Source of the DNA: an uncultured Acidobacteriota bacterium
GTDB lineage: Bacteria > Acidobacteriota > Terriglobia > Terriglobales > Acidobacteriaceae
Direction of reading: 5' to 3'
DNA: 64,000 nt
Assembly: GCA_963719625.1 (NCBI GenBank)
Contig: CAVRDB010000003.1
Location: 118,870 to 182,869, forward strand
Position 1 is the first letter of the stretch; every line of letters begins with the position of its first letter. This document shows positions 27,986 through 38,406 of this stretch, in pieces. The translations under genes and the position numbers were made by a program. The notes below the pieces were generated by a model. It searched no databases, was not told where the DNA came from, and saw only the letters and a program-made list of their open reading frames with translations.

Positions 27986-29438
27986 TTGAGAAGATACGGA
28001 CTCGCAGTATTTGCAGCGCTGTTTATTTTCCTGGCGTCGTTCGTTGCGTCAGGAAACGCTCAGTCTGATTCCTCGAACTTGCCTGTCAGCATTTCCGTCT
28101 ATTCCCGGACGCGCCTTGATGTGTGGCAGTGGTTTGACGCACCGCCAAAATCAGAAACTTATAGTTATGTCGAATCACTTTTGCGCCTGAGCGTTGCGCA
28201 ACGCATTCGATCGTTGGGATTGGAAATTGGAGCTCGCGCAGCCGGCGGTGCTCGGCCTGCCACAAGATGCCGTCTCACCCGTTACGGCCCAAGGCCAACT
28301 GGGCCTTGGCGGCACGTATTATGCCTCCAACGGGAACAACGCCGACCCTGCCGCTGCTTTTCTCAAGCAAGCTTTCCTGCGCTATAACTTTGACGGCGAG
28401 GACAAGAACCTGCGCGTGGGCCGCTTTGAATTTTCTGGCGGCGAGGAGACTTTGCCAAAAAACGCACCCATCCACTGGCTACAAGACAACCGCATACAGC
28501 AGCGGCTAGTGGGCAACTTCGGATTCTCGAACGCCCAGCGCAGCTTCGACGGCATCGATGGCCACTATGGGGCGGGAACATGGGACCTGACAGCTATGGC
28601 TGGGCGCGCCGATCAGGGCGTCTTCAATATGAACGGGAATCCGGAACTGAACGTCGACCTGCAATACCTGGCGTTCACCAAATCGCAGTGGAATGGCCAT
28701 GTCCTGTGGCGCGCTTTTGGCATTGGATATCATGACGGTCGCACCGGCATTACCAAAACCGATAACCGCCCCCTCGCCGTCCGCCAGGCGGACCATAAGA
28801 ACATCCGGCTTGGCACGTATGGCGGGAATCTGATCGCCGCGTTTCCAGCCGGCCCCGGAAATTTCGACTTTCTCTTTTGGGGAGCAATCCAGAATGGAAG
28901 CTGGGGCCAGCTCAGCCATGATGCCGAAGCGGTAGCTGTCGAAGGCGGGTATCAATGGGCGAAAGTAGTGAGCTCCCCGTGGTTGCGGGCTGGCGCATTT
29001 CTCGGCACCGGAGATAACAATCCGCTTGATAACCAACACCACACGTTTTTTCAGATCCTGCCCACGCCTCGCGTCTATGCGCGCTTTCCGTTCTACAACC
29101 TGATGAACAGTAAAGATGAGTTTGTTCAGGCAATGGACAATCCGGTAAAACGTCTGGTCGTGCGCGGCGATGTTCACTGGCTGCAACTCGCCGCGTCCCA
29201 GGACCTCTGGTACCAGGGCGGCGGAGCTTTTGATAACAAAGTCTTTGGCTATACCGGCCGTCCGGCCAATGGGTATTCTTCCTTTGCGACCGTTGCCGAT
29301 ATCAGCGCCGATTGGCAGGTCGCCAAACCAGTAGGAGTGAATTTCTACTATGCCCACGCGTCGGGCGGAAGTGTGATCTCGGCAATCTATCCAGACCGGG
29401 AAAAACGCGCAGTTTGGCTATGCGGAACTTGTCTATAG
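27986..29438 (+). pseudogene. Alginate-export-like outer-membrane beta-barrel, split by a frameshift near codon 70
   Basis: TTG 27986 lies 5 nt after GAAGGAGG. Signal peptide MRRYGLAVFAALFIFLASFVASGNAQ. Frame A reaches ...LLRLSVAQRI, and frame B (open from 28191) continues DRWDWKLELAQPAVLG...GGTYYASNG. Family call is from memory of the N-terminal pattern. Confidence 0.6.
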
Positions 29439-29575
29439 CTGGGGCACAAAACAAAAGAGCGTCAGCTCGATAAGCGTTCCTTCGTTAGCGGAAGACGTTA
29501 TCCGGTCGAAACATGCCCTTTCGAAGATGAAACGGTTTTGGCGATTGCAAATGTAATCGCCAAAGAGATTTGGAT

Positions 29576-30265
29576 TCACGCAGCAGCTCCGAAAAGTGAG
29601 CCAACGCCTGCAGTAATAGCCATGGCCAGCGCTCCCCAAAATGTGACTCGAAGCGCTCCCGCCAAAACCTTTGCTCCGCCGACGCGGGCCGCCAGTGCTC
29701 CTAACCCGGCCAGGAACAAGAGCGAAGTTCCCGCCACCAGATACAGCAACTTTGTTTCCGGGGCAATCGCCGCAATACCTAGCGGCAGTGCCGCTCCCAC
29801 GGCAAAGCTTGCAGCCGAGGCAAGTGCTGCCTGAATGGGGCGCGGCTTGTTCGTTGTGGTGATGCCCAGCTCATCGCGTGCGTGCGCTTCTAGTGCGTTC
29901 CGTGCCATCAACTGCTGCGCAACCTGTTTGGCAAGGGATGGATCGAGACCACGCTTGACGTAGATCGCCGCTAGTTCCTTATGCTCGCCCTTGTTGTCCG
30001 TTCGGAGTTCCGTCCGTTCCAGCTCCAACTCGGCATGTTCCGTGTCTGCCTGGGAGTGGACGGATACATATTCTCCAGCAGCCATCGACATCGCCCCGGC
30101 CACCAGGCCTGCGGCGCCTGCCACGATCACATTACTGTGCGATGCGTGCGACGTCGCCACGCCCAGCACCAGGCTTGCCGTCGACAGGATGCCATCATTC
30201 GCGCCCAACACCGCCGCGCGCAACCAGCCCACTCGTCCAATGCGATGAAGTTCCCTGCTCTTCAT
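29576..30265 (-). CDS. VIT1/CCC1-family iron/manganese transporter
   Basis: Start placed at MKSRELHRIGRVGWLRAAVLGANDGILSTASLVLGV (30265), 14 nt after the rmuC stop. EYVSV motif and a C-terminal TM bundle. Confidence 0.8.
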   Translation of the reverse strand: MKSRELHRIGRVGWLRAAVLGANDGILSTASLVLGVATSHASHSNVIVAGAAGLVAGAMSMAAGEYVSVHSQADTEHAELELERTELRTDNKGEHKELAAIYVKRGLDPSLAKQVAQQLMARNALEAHARDELGITTTNKPRPIQAALASAASFAVGAALPLGIAAIAPETKLLYLVAGTSLLFLAGLGALAARVGGAKVLAGALRVTFWGALAMAITAGVGSLFGAAA

Positions 30266-30278
30266 GATCTCCCCCGCA

Positions 30279-31643
30279 TTATTCCTCGGATGCTTCTTCA
30301 GCGGCCGCAAGAGCCAACGGCTCTGCGTTGTCCTGTAACTGCCAGTCCGGCGCCTGCGATTGCCTTGTCGTCCTGTCGATCGGCTCGATCGACGGCAGTT
30401 CGTCGCCACTGATTCCCAACTCTTTCATGCGACGGCCAGCTGGAAACACTCTCGTCTCTAAAGAAGCAAGCAACTTGTCGTAATTTTCCACGCTGTTATT
30501 CAGGCTGACACGAAGATTTTTGAAATGCACTGTTGCTGTTGTCAACCGCTCATAAACCACCTGCGCTTGTGTGAGGATTTCTCTGGCCTCACAGCGCAAT
30601 GAGTCCTGTTGCCAGCCGAAGGCAGCGGCCTTCAGAAGAGCAATCAAGGTCGTTGGCGTAGCAAAGATGATTTTTTCATTCGCAGCATCTTCAAACAAAT
30701 TTGGGTCCGCTTGCAGGGCAGCGTAATAATAAACATCTCCGGGGATAAAACAAATGGTCAAATCGATGGCGTCTTCGAAGGCTTTCTCATAGTGGCGCTT
30801 CGCCAATCCCAGTGCATGAGCCCGGATGTTCTTCGCATGATCTTTTAGTTTCTGCTGCCGGGCCGTCTCATCCGTTGCCTCGGCCGCTTCCAGAAAGCAT
30901 TTCACCGATGTTTTTGCGTCCACAATGATCGTGCGGCCATTCGGCAAGTGCACCACCATGTCGGGACGGTTGTCGTCCTGCGTATGTTGTTGGGTAAAGT
31001 CGCAGTGCTCAGTCATTCCTGCAAGCTCCACGACGCGGTGCAGCACAATTTCCCCCCATTTGCCGGTGGTACGCGTATCGCGCAGTGCGGATGAAAGTGT
31101 GTAGGCAGCTTGCTGCAGTTTGGCCTGGTCTTCACCCAACTGCAACAACTGCTGTCCTAGCTTCTCGTACGCACCTTCGCGCTTTGATTCAAGAGTTCGC
31201 GTCTGCTCGTCCAGCTTGACAAGCGTTTCCTTCACGGGCTGCAGCAAGGTGTTAATGGCCTGGTGCTTAGCCTCGAACTGGATGTTGGCCTGCCCAAGGA
31301 ACTGCTCATTGGCGTTCTTGAGTGCATCTGCGGCGAGGGCCTTGAAGGCGTTTTCCATCTCTCCCTTAACTCGTGTCAAGTCAGCCAGCGATTGTTGCGC
31401 GGCCTTCAACTGCTCCTCGGAACGTGTTTTTTCCGTCTCCGTTGATTTCTGCTCCACGCGCAGACGTTGAATCTCGCCTTCCTGTTGTGTGTTCCTCGAT
31501 TCCAGGTCTTGTGCTCGCTGCTGACTGACCGCCAGGGCTGCACCCACGGAGGCCCTTCCCAGCCACCACCCGACCAGCAGACCGAAAACAGCCAGCCCAA
31601 CCATCTCCACGATCGCAACGATATTCATCCAAATTTGCCTCAC
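30279..31643 (-). CDS. rmuC: DNA recombination protein RmuC
   Basis: 454-aa ORF. N-terminal TM helix, long coiled coil, then a nuclease-like core PDMVVHLPNGRTIIVDAKTS. Confidence 0.8.
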   Translation of the reverse strand: MRQIWMNIVAIVEMVGLAVFGLLVGWWLGRASVGAALAVSQQRAQDLESRNTQQEGEIQRLRVEQKSTETEKTRSEEQLKAAQQSLADLTRVKGEMENAFKALAADALKNANEQFLGQANIQFEAKHQAINTLLQPVKETLVKLDEQTRTLESKREGAYEKLGQQLLQLGEDQAKLQQAAYTLSSALRDTRTTGKWGEIVLHRVVELAGMTEHCDFTQQHTQDDNRPDMVVHLPNGRTIIVDAKTSVKCFLEAAEATDETARQQKLKDHAKNIRAHALGLAKRHYEKAFEDAIDLTICFIPGDVYYYAALQADPNLFEDAANEKIIFATPTTLIALLKAAAFGWQQDSLRCEAREILTQAQVVYERLTTATVHFKNLRVSLNNSVENYDKLLASLETRVFPAGRRMKELGISGDELPSIEPIDRTTRQSQAPDWQLQDNAEPLALAAAEEASEE

Positions 31644-31944
31644 ACCTACTGTAACCTTGCTGGAGAGAGACGCGGGAATCCAGCCAATTCAAGCCGCTCT
31701 CGTTCTGAAAACGATTCCCACGCTTTACAGTGGCACAGCCCCTCAGTACACTCGAATTTCGAGCATAAGCGCTCACAGGGGAACAGTGTGCCTCCAATTA
31801 GGGTTTAGCTGTACTCTGAAAAAGGTACCCGAAGAGAGATTGCCTGTTCTTGCCTCTCTATCAGGAGGCTGCATCGTGCAGATTCGATCTTTGCGCTTGA
31901 GAAAAAGTTTTGTGGGTTCAAACAAAAAGTTTTAGGAGAAAGAC

Positions 31945-32187
31945 ATGGCCGTTGAAGAAAAAGTGAAACAGATTATTGTGGAGCAGTTGCAGGTGGATGA
32001 AGCTGAAGTAACTCCTACGGCATCGTTCCAGGAAGACCTTGGAGCGGACTCGCTTGATGTGGTCGAACTGGTCATGCAGTTCGAAGAGGCATTCGATCTG
32101 GAAATTCCAGACGAAGAAGCCGAAAAAATTAAAACAGTGCAGGACGCTGTCGACTACATCAAAAAGAACGGTAAAGGCGGCAACTAG
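31945..32187 (+). CDS. acpP: Acyl carrier protein
   Basis: 80-aa ORF after GGAGAAAG. Phosphopantetheine site [17 protein letters not shown]. Confidence 0.95.
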   Translation: MAVEEKVKQIIVEQLQVDEAEVTPTASFQEDLGADSLDVVELVMQFEEAFDLEIPDEEAEKIKTVQDAVDYIKKNGKGGN

Positions 32188-32189
32188 TC

Positions 32190-33437
32190 TTGAAGCGGCG
32201 TGTCGTTGTCACAGGCATTGGCCTTATTTGCGGAGTGGGTAAAACCGCAACCGAGGTATGGAGCAATCTATTGGCGGGCGAAAGCGGCATGGCGCCCATC
32301 ACAGCCTTTGATACGACTGGCTTCTCCGTCACTTTTGCAGCGGAAGTTAAGGATTTTGACCCGCATCTTTTTATAGAGAAAAAAGAAGCGCGCAAGATGG
32401 GTCGCTTCATCCACTTCGCGCTGGCCGCGGCCCAGGAAGCTCTCGAATCTTCTGGATTGAAGATCACGCCGGCAAACGCCGAGCGGGTTGGCGTCCATAT
32501 TGGCTCCGGCATCGGCGGTTTCGACATTATTGAGCGGGAACATAGCGCCATGCTCGCTGGCGGTCCGCGCAAAATCTCTCCTTTCTTCATTCCCGCCGCC
32601 ATCATTAACCTTGCAGCAGGACAGGTCAGCATTCGCTGGGGTGCCAAAGGTCCTAACGAGGCCACGGCAACTGCCTGCACCACCAGCGCCCATTCCATCG
32701 GCGATGCGTATCGCCTGGTCGAACGCGATGATGCCGATGTGATGATTGCCGGCGGAGCGGAAGCTGCGATCACCCCCATGGGTGTCGGCGGGTTTGCCGC
32801 CATGCGCGCGCTCTCCACTCGCAATGACGATCCCACGCACGCCTGCCGCCCGTTCGACAAGGATCGCGACGGCTTTGTCATTGGCGAAGGTGCGGGGATT
32901 CTGATTCTCGAAGAACTGGAACACGCCAAGGCCCGCGGCGCAAAGATTCTGGCAGAAATTATCGGCTATGGCATGAGCGCGGATGCTTACCACATGTCCA
33001 GCATGGCCCCGGAAGGCGAAGGCTGCGCGCGTGCCATGCAGAACGCCATCCGCAGCGCGGGCATTCAACCCCACCAGATCGACTACGTCAACGCCCACGC
33101 CACATCCACGCAGTTGGGCGATGCGCTTGAGTCCACCGCCATCGCAAAAGTCTTCGGCGAACACGCCACCAGCCACAAGCTCAAGATCAGTTCGACCAAA
33201 TCGATGACCGGCCACCTTCTCGGCGGCGCCGGCGGCCTGGAGGCAGGCATCACTGTCATGGCGATGCAACACGGCAAGTTGCCCCCGACGATGAACCTGA
33301 TCGACCCCGACCCCGCCTGCACGCTGGACTACGTGCCCAACAAACCCATCCAGGTCAAGGTCGATATCGCCCTGTCGAACTCCTTCGGCTTCGGCGGCAC
33401 CAATGGCGCTCTCATCTTCCGCCGCTGGACAGAATAA
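32190..33437 (+). CDS. fabF: Beta-ketoacyl-ACP synthase II
   Basis: 415-aa ORF starting at TTG, 2 nt after the acpP stop. RVVVTGIG, active-site ATACTTSAHSIG, HATSTQLGD, GHLLGGAGG, SFGFGGTN. Confidence 0.93.
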   Translation: MKRRVVVTGIGLICGVGKTATEVWSNLLAGESGMAPITAFDTTGFSVTFAAEVKDFDPHLFIEKKEARKMGRFIHFALAAAQEALESSGLKITPANAERVGVHIGSGIGGFDIIEREHSAMLAGGPRKISPFFIPAAIINLAAGQVSIRWGAKGPNEATATACTTSAHSIGDAYRLVERDDADVMIAGGAEAAITPMGVGGFAAMRALSTRNDDPTHACRPFDKDRDGFVIGEGAGILILEELEHAKARGAKILAEIIGYGMSADAYHMSSMAPEGEGCARAMQNAIRSAGIQPHQIDYVNAHATSTQLGDALESTAIAKVFGEHATSHKLKISSTKSMTGHLLGGAGGLEAGITVMAMQHGKLPPTMNLIDPDPACTLDYVPNKPIQVKVDIALSNSFGFGGTNGALIFRRWTE

Positions 33438-33511
33438 CGCCTACTTCGCCTGAAACGGACCACCTCTCTTAATTTCTCAGTGTCCAGAAATTGGACAATG
33501 CCGAAACATAC

Positions 33512-35210
33512 TTACTTCAGCAAGCCAAACACGGCCACGCCATTCGTCGTACCCACGTACACCTTTCCGTTCACAATCATCGGTGTAATGTATTTGTTTC
33601 CCACGCCAAAATGATCGCGCCCGCTTGCCGCCTGGTTACTGTCATACAGTTCATGCGTCAGGTTAGTGGCGTCATAGGCATACAGGACTGCCGTATTGTT
33701 GTTTTCCACCGCCCAAACAATTCCATTCGAGGTGCCATTGGAGGAAACGCTCGGCGTCGCGCCCGGATAGGGAAACTGATTCGCTGTTTTTGAACTTGGA
33801 CTGGTCGCCAACTTCGCCTGCGTAATCGGGTAAGCGCGGATCCAATCGTTAACTCCTCCGTAATAGACGGTGTTATTCCAATACGCAGGCATGGCGAATT
33901 CCTGGCCAGACAGCGCGCCGCCCAGTTCCTGATAGATCATGTTGCCGCTCGCATGGAACTTGCCCATATTGTCGCGATCGACGACATAGATGTTCGCGTC
34001 TTTTCCTGCTCCCACCGCGAGATGCCGCACCGTGCCGGATGCGTCGGTTTCATCCGGCAACAGCATGGCTCCCCCGGAGCCAAGATCTTCGTCGGCGTTC
34101 GATTCCGCTACCGTATTCGACATGGTGAAGTAATCCGCCGGGGCCAGTTTGTTGCCCGTGGTAGAAACTTTCATAAACGCATTTCCGTAGTTGCCGTTGG
34201 CAGGGTTCCCGCTCCCGTTCAGAGTCGTGTCGAAACTTCCGTTGGCATCCAGAAAATAAATGTTGCCCGACGAGTCCGCCGCCAGCCCCGCTCCAGACTG
34301 CCAAATGGAGCCCTCCGATCCGTTGGGCGTCAAATTCAACACGCTCGTTTGCGCCAGCGTGTTCTCGTTGTATCCCATCAGCCAGCCCGTGTAAGGCTCA
34401 ATATCGCAATGCGAAGACCAGCCCAGATACACCACACTATTCAGCAGTAGCAGCCCGGCGCGTTCGTTATATTGCTTGGGGTCAAACACCACCTGTCCAT
34501 TCGAGCTTTCCGGTCCCATGCTCGGATAAGTAGCCTGCACCGTCACCGGACTTCCAGACTGTTCCATTCCTGTCGTCATGTCCAGCGCGTGTAGGCGTTG
34601 GTGGTAATTGCCACTGCTGTCTTTGCTCGCGGCGACCATGTAGATGGTTCCATGCGCGCCCGCCTTGGGGTCAATCACCGGAGTGGATGTCATGCCGATT
34701 TCCGGGCTCACCTGGCCGCAGTTACGCGGATCGCTTGTCGTTTCATTCGCACCCAACGTGGAGGCATGCCACAGCACTGTTCCCGTATCGGCGTCCAAGG
34801 CATAGGCCGAATCATGCTCCGTGACCACGTACAACACATTATGGGAAGCGCCGCCAATCATCACTCCCGGAACATACAGCGGTTCGGCATCCACCCTGCC
34901 ATCCACAGAATAAAAACCTATCTTGCCAAAATTTGTAGAGTTTACATTCGCGGTGGTCAGTACGGTCTCCTGCGTATTCTCACCCGCGCGCGTATTGTCG
35001 TTGTGATACGTCAGTACCTGCACGCCAGCTGGCGGGGGATTGCCACCGCTACCGGTCGTGCCTGTGGTTCCGGTTTGTTCCGGTTGTTCCGGTGGTACCT
35101 CCGGAAGAGCTGCTGCTCGAACCACAGCCGTTGCATCCCACGGCACACGCTACGGACAAGATGAGCAAACCAGACAAAGTCTGGATACCGCCTCGAGACT
35201 GTGGACGCAT
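33512..35210 (-). pseudogene. PQQ-like beta-propeller repeat lipoprotein; N-terminal signal/linker out of frame by one base
   Basis: ATG 35210 after GGAGGGAAGA gives MRPQSRGGIQTLSGLLILSVACAVGCNGCGSSSSSSGGTTGTTGT (lipobox). The main ORF 33512-35146 continues ...TGTTGTTGSGGNPPPAG and beta-propeller-like repeats (YALDADTGTVLW, LHALDMTTG). Confidence 0.7.
35068..35095. repeat. Three tandem TTCCGGTTG-like units (coding for a GTT linker), one unit 10 nt instead of 9
   Basis: ttccggtttg / ttccggttg / ttccggtgg read directly. TTCCGG spacing is 10 then 9 nt. The extra T (run 35074-35076) coincides with the frame break. Confidence 0.8.
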
Positions 35211-35412
35211 TCTTCCCTCCTCTGTGAACCTTGAACTGCACGATACGGCAATGTCTGACCTGCCTCAATTTAGATGCAGACGGTTGCGGGACGCAGAGCA
35301 TTCGCCATACTTCGCTTTCGTAGACAGGCAGCAGGCGTCCCGCCAGCCTTCTGTTAGCTTTACACCTCTATCCTGATCTTTGGCCATATGGCTGTGAGAC
35401 GATGGGTAGGTT

Positions 35413-36823
35413 ATGGAATCTCAATATTTTGCCACTGCCATTCTCGCCGCCGGCAAAGGTACGCGGCTCAAGTCTAAACGCGCCAAGGTCCTGCACTCAA
35501 TCGCCGGCAAGCCATTGTTGCAGCATGTCCTTGACGCCGTCCTCAAAGTTACGCTGCCGAATCGGGTTTTTGTCGTCGTCGGCCACCAGGCAGAGGAAGT
35601 CGAGCGCGCCGTCGGAGCTACCGGCGTGCATTTTGTCCATCAGACGCAGCAGCTGGGCACCGGTCATGCCGTGCAATGCCTGCTCAAATCAGTCAGTGGC
35701 TTCAGCGATCTGCTCGTGCTCTACGGCGATGCTCCGCTGATCCGGCCCGAAACCATCGAACATCTGCGCAGCTTTCATCAGGCCCAGCAAGCCGCCATGA
35801 CCGTTCTGACGACGCGCCCGGAAAATCCCTTTGGATACGGCCGTATCGTGCGAGTTTCGCCCACCAGCCCGGAGGTCGCCGCCATCATTGAGCAAAAAGC
35901 TCTGGCCCCGGATCAACAGAACATTGGAGAAATCAACTCCGGCGTCTATATCTTTCGCATCGATGCTCTGTATCGCCATATCGAATCGCTCCAGTCCAAC
36001 AACGCACACGGGGAGTACTACCTCACCGACATGGCCGCCATTCTGCGCGCCGCCGGTGAACGTGTCGTTGCCTATGAAATCGGTGATGCAACGGAAGTTC
36101 TGGGCGCGAATACCATTGCCGAAATGATGGATCTGGAGGCCGCACTGCGCAACCAGGCCGCCCGGCAACTGATGGCGCAAGGCGTCACCATCCACCGGCC
36201 CGAAACCTGTGTCATTGACGCGGACGTCACTGTTGGCCCTGACACCATCATCGAGCCATTCGTCCAATTGCTTGGCAACACCCACATCGGAGAGGACTGC
36301 CACATCCGCTCCTACTCTGTCATTCAGGATTCAAAGCTTGGCGATCAGGTATTGGTTCGCAACGGATGCGTGCTCGACGGGGCCATGGTCGACAACGGCG
36401 CATTCGTCGGTCCCTTCGCGCATCTGCGTCCGGGTAGCCAGATTGGCCGCGAGGCCCATATCGGCAACTTCGTCGAGACAAAGAATGCTCGCGTGGGCGA
36501 GCGTTCCAAGGCGAATCATCTTACCTACCTCGGCGATGTCGCCATTGGTTCCGGCTGCAACATCGGCGCTGGTGTCATCACGTGCAATTACGACGGCGTC
36601 AACAAGCATCCCACGCAGATTGGGGATCGCGTCTTCGTCGGCAGCAACGCCACGCTTGGTCGCGCCGGTCGCGCTCGAAGACGATAGCTACGTCGCCGCC
36701 GCTTCCTGCATCACCGAGCCGGTATCCGCTGGCGCACTAGCTCTCGGCCGTGCCCGTCAAACCACGAAACCCGGATGGGTCAAGCAGCGCCGCGCTGCGC
36801 AACAAAAAAAGAAAAATAGTTAA
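35413..36823 (+). pseudogene. glmU: Bifunctional UDP-GlcNAc diphosphorylase / GlcN-1-P acetyltransferase, with a 1-nt insertion near the 3-prime end
   Basis: ORF 35413-36687 has LAAGKGTRLKS and left-handed beta-helix hexapeptides and ends ...GSNATLGRAGRARRR. Dropping one G of GG 36658-36659 gives GSNATLVAPVALEDDSYVAAASCITEPV...GWVKQRR, the frame of ORF 36209-36823. Confidence 0.9.
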
Positions 36824-37986
36824 ACGGCTTCTTCTACAGGGATGGAGTGCGGACTTGTTTCCTGGCGCATTTTCGTTTCACGATGCAGCCGACGCTTTCT
36901 CGCTTCGTTCAATGCGACCAGCATCAACACGCCGAACGTCACCACAACCAGCGCAATCGCTGTCGCCCCCTGCAGTTGCTCCACTTCTCCGTAGAGCAGC
37001 GCCAATCCCACAAACACGAAGAAAAGATGCGCGCAGTACACATGCAGCGAAGCTTTGCCAAGAGTCAGAAACGGCTCAATTGAAACCACTCGCAGGACAT
37101 ACTTACGCAACCAGTAAAAGACAACCGTAAACGCCAGCAGGTTGACTACTCGCAAGGCGCCAATCTGCCACTTGTCGAGCAGCATTCCTAACGCCTGCTG
37201 CGTCAGATGCGGCCCCAACCATCCATGTCGCACCCCGATGAAGAACACGCAGACAGCAACTGCCACGGTCGCACCCCAGCTGGGAATTCTTCGCAGAGGA
37301 ACAATCCCGACCGCCGATCGCGCCCCCAGCCACAGCCCGCCAATCCACACCGCCTGCCACGCGAACAGGTTGAAGGCGCCCGTCTCCTGCAACGGAATTC
37401 GAAGATGCGTCACGCTCACAATCGCGTTGTGCGCCAGGTCTCGCAGCCCAAACTGGGCCAGCAGCCATACCATGCCGCTGGCAACCAGGATCTTCCTCCA
37501 CCCATAGCGCCACGATGCTGAAAGAACCAATGGCGTGAAGAAAAGAAATGTCACATACATCGGCAGAATGTCGAGTAGCGGCGGGCAGTACAGCAGCAAG
37601 ACCGAGCCGACGATTGCCACACCCGGATGTGCCAGATAGAAATCCAGAAGGTTCGTCAGTGCCGCCTTATGTGTATGTACGGCGAACGTCGCCGCCACCG
37701 TAAAGGCAAAGCCGAGCATCAGCAGGTGATAGCCGTAAATCTTCAGCGAGCGTTTCCACAGCTTCTTGCGTACCCCAGGCTCGTCTTCCAGCAGTTCGCG
37801 CACATAGAGCCGCCCCACCAGCAGCGCGGAAAGAAATACAAAGCCTTCCGCAGACGTCACAAATCCAATCGGTTGGTTCACGAAGTCGCTGAAGCGCGTC
37901 GGCAAATGGGTCAGCGTCATCCAAACCAGGAAGAGCCCGCGCAGAGCATCCAGTTCGGGACGGCGTTCAAGTTTCGGCAGATGCAT
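36820..37986 (-). CDS. OpgC-like / acyltransferase-3-like polytopic membrane protein
   Basis: 388-aa ORF. N-terminus RRPELDALRGLFLVWMTLTHLP and about 10 TM helices. Family call is tentative. Confidence 0.5.
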   Translation of the reverse strand: MHLPKLERRPELDALRGLFLVWMTLTHLPTRFSDFVNQPIGFVTSAEGFVFLSALLVGRLYVRELLEDEPGVRKKLWKRSLKIYGYHLLMLGFAFTVAATFAVHTHKAALTNLLDFYLAHPGVAIVGSVLLLYCPPLLDILPMYVTFLFFTPLVLSASWRYGWRKILVASGMVWLLAQFGLRDLAHNAIVSVTHLRIPLQETGAFNLFAWQAVWIGGLWLGARSAVGIVPLRRIPSWGATVAVAVCVFFIGVRHGWLGPHLTQQALGMLLDKWQIGALRVVNLLAFTVVFYWLRKYVLRVVSIEPFLTLGKASLHVYCAHLFFVFVGLALLYGEVEQLQGATAIALVVVTFGVLMLVALNEARKRRLHRETKMRQETSPHSIPVEEAV

Positions 37987-38118
37987 AGCGGCATGTCCGC
38001 AACCGGGACATCACTACGTTAGACGCCCGCTGGACCCATGAGTTGCGCTGGAAATCTGGCCTTGTTTCATGCCTCAATTTACAACGGGATGAAAACAAAT
38101 TGCCGTGATTGCCGCTTC

Positions 38119-38406
38119 TTACTCCCATTGCGAGGTGTGACGTTTCAGCCACCAGCAGGGAGGGTGCCATTTCTGTGGAAATATTGACCGCGTGCACGTC
38201 TCCTCCGTTGTACCCATCAGGTCATACTCCGTTTTTTCACCCTTTAGAGGAGTAGCGAGAAACTGATCCACCTGCACCGTACTATAGGCATTTCCGTGGG
38301 CGGCGCGAACCTCCAGCACTGCCCAGTCTCCGACGTACAGCAGCGCAATTGCCCCAATCAGTACCGGCACCCATCGACCCAACCACTGTGCCCAGCGCCG
38401 TATCAT
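38119..38406 (-). CDS. Hypothetical small membrane-anchored protein
   Basis: 95-aa ORF. One N-terminal TM helix (WVPVLIGAIALLYVGDWAVL), then a soluble tail with two Cys. No recognisable motif. Confidence 0.45.
   Translation of the reverse strand: MIRRWAQWLGRWVPVLIGAIALLYVGDWAVLEVRAAHGNAYSTVQVDQFLATPLKGEKTEYDLMGTTEETCTRSIFPQKWHPPCWWLKRHTSQWE

Noticed and set aside
29535-29566. 7-bp hairpin GGCGATT-N8-AATCGCC as a terminator between the porin and the VIT genes
   Set aside because: The T run precedes the stem and the A run follows it on the + strand. That is the wrong polarity for an intrinsic terminator in either direction.
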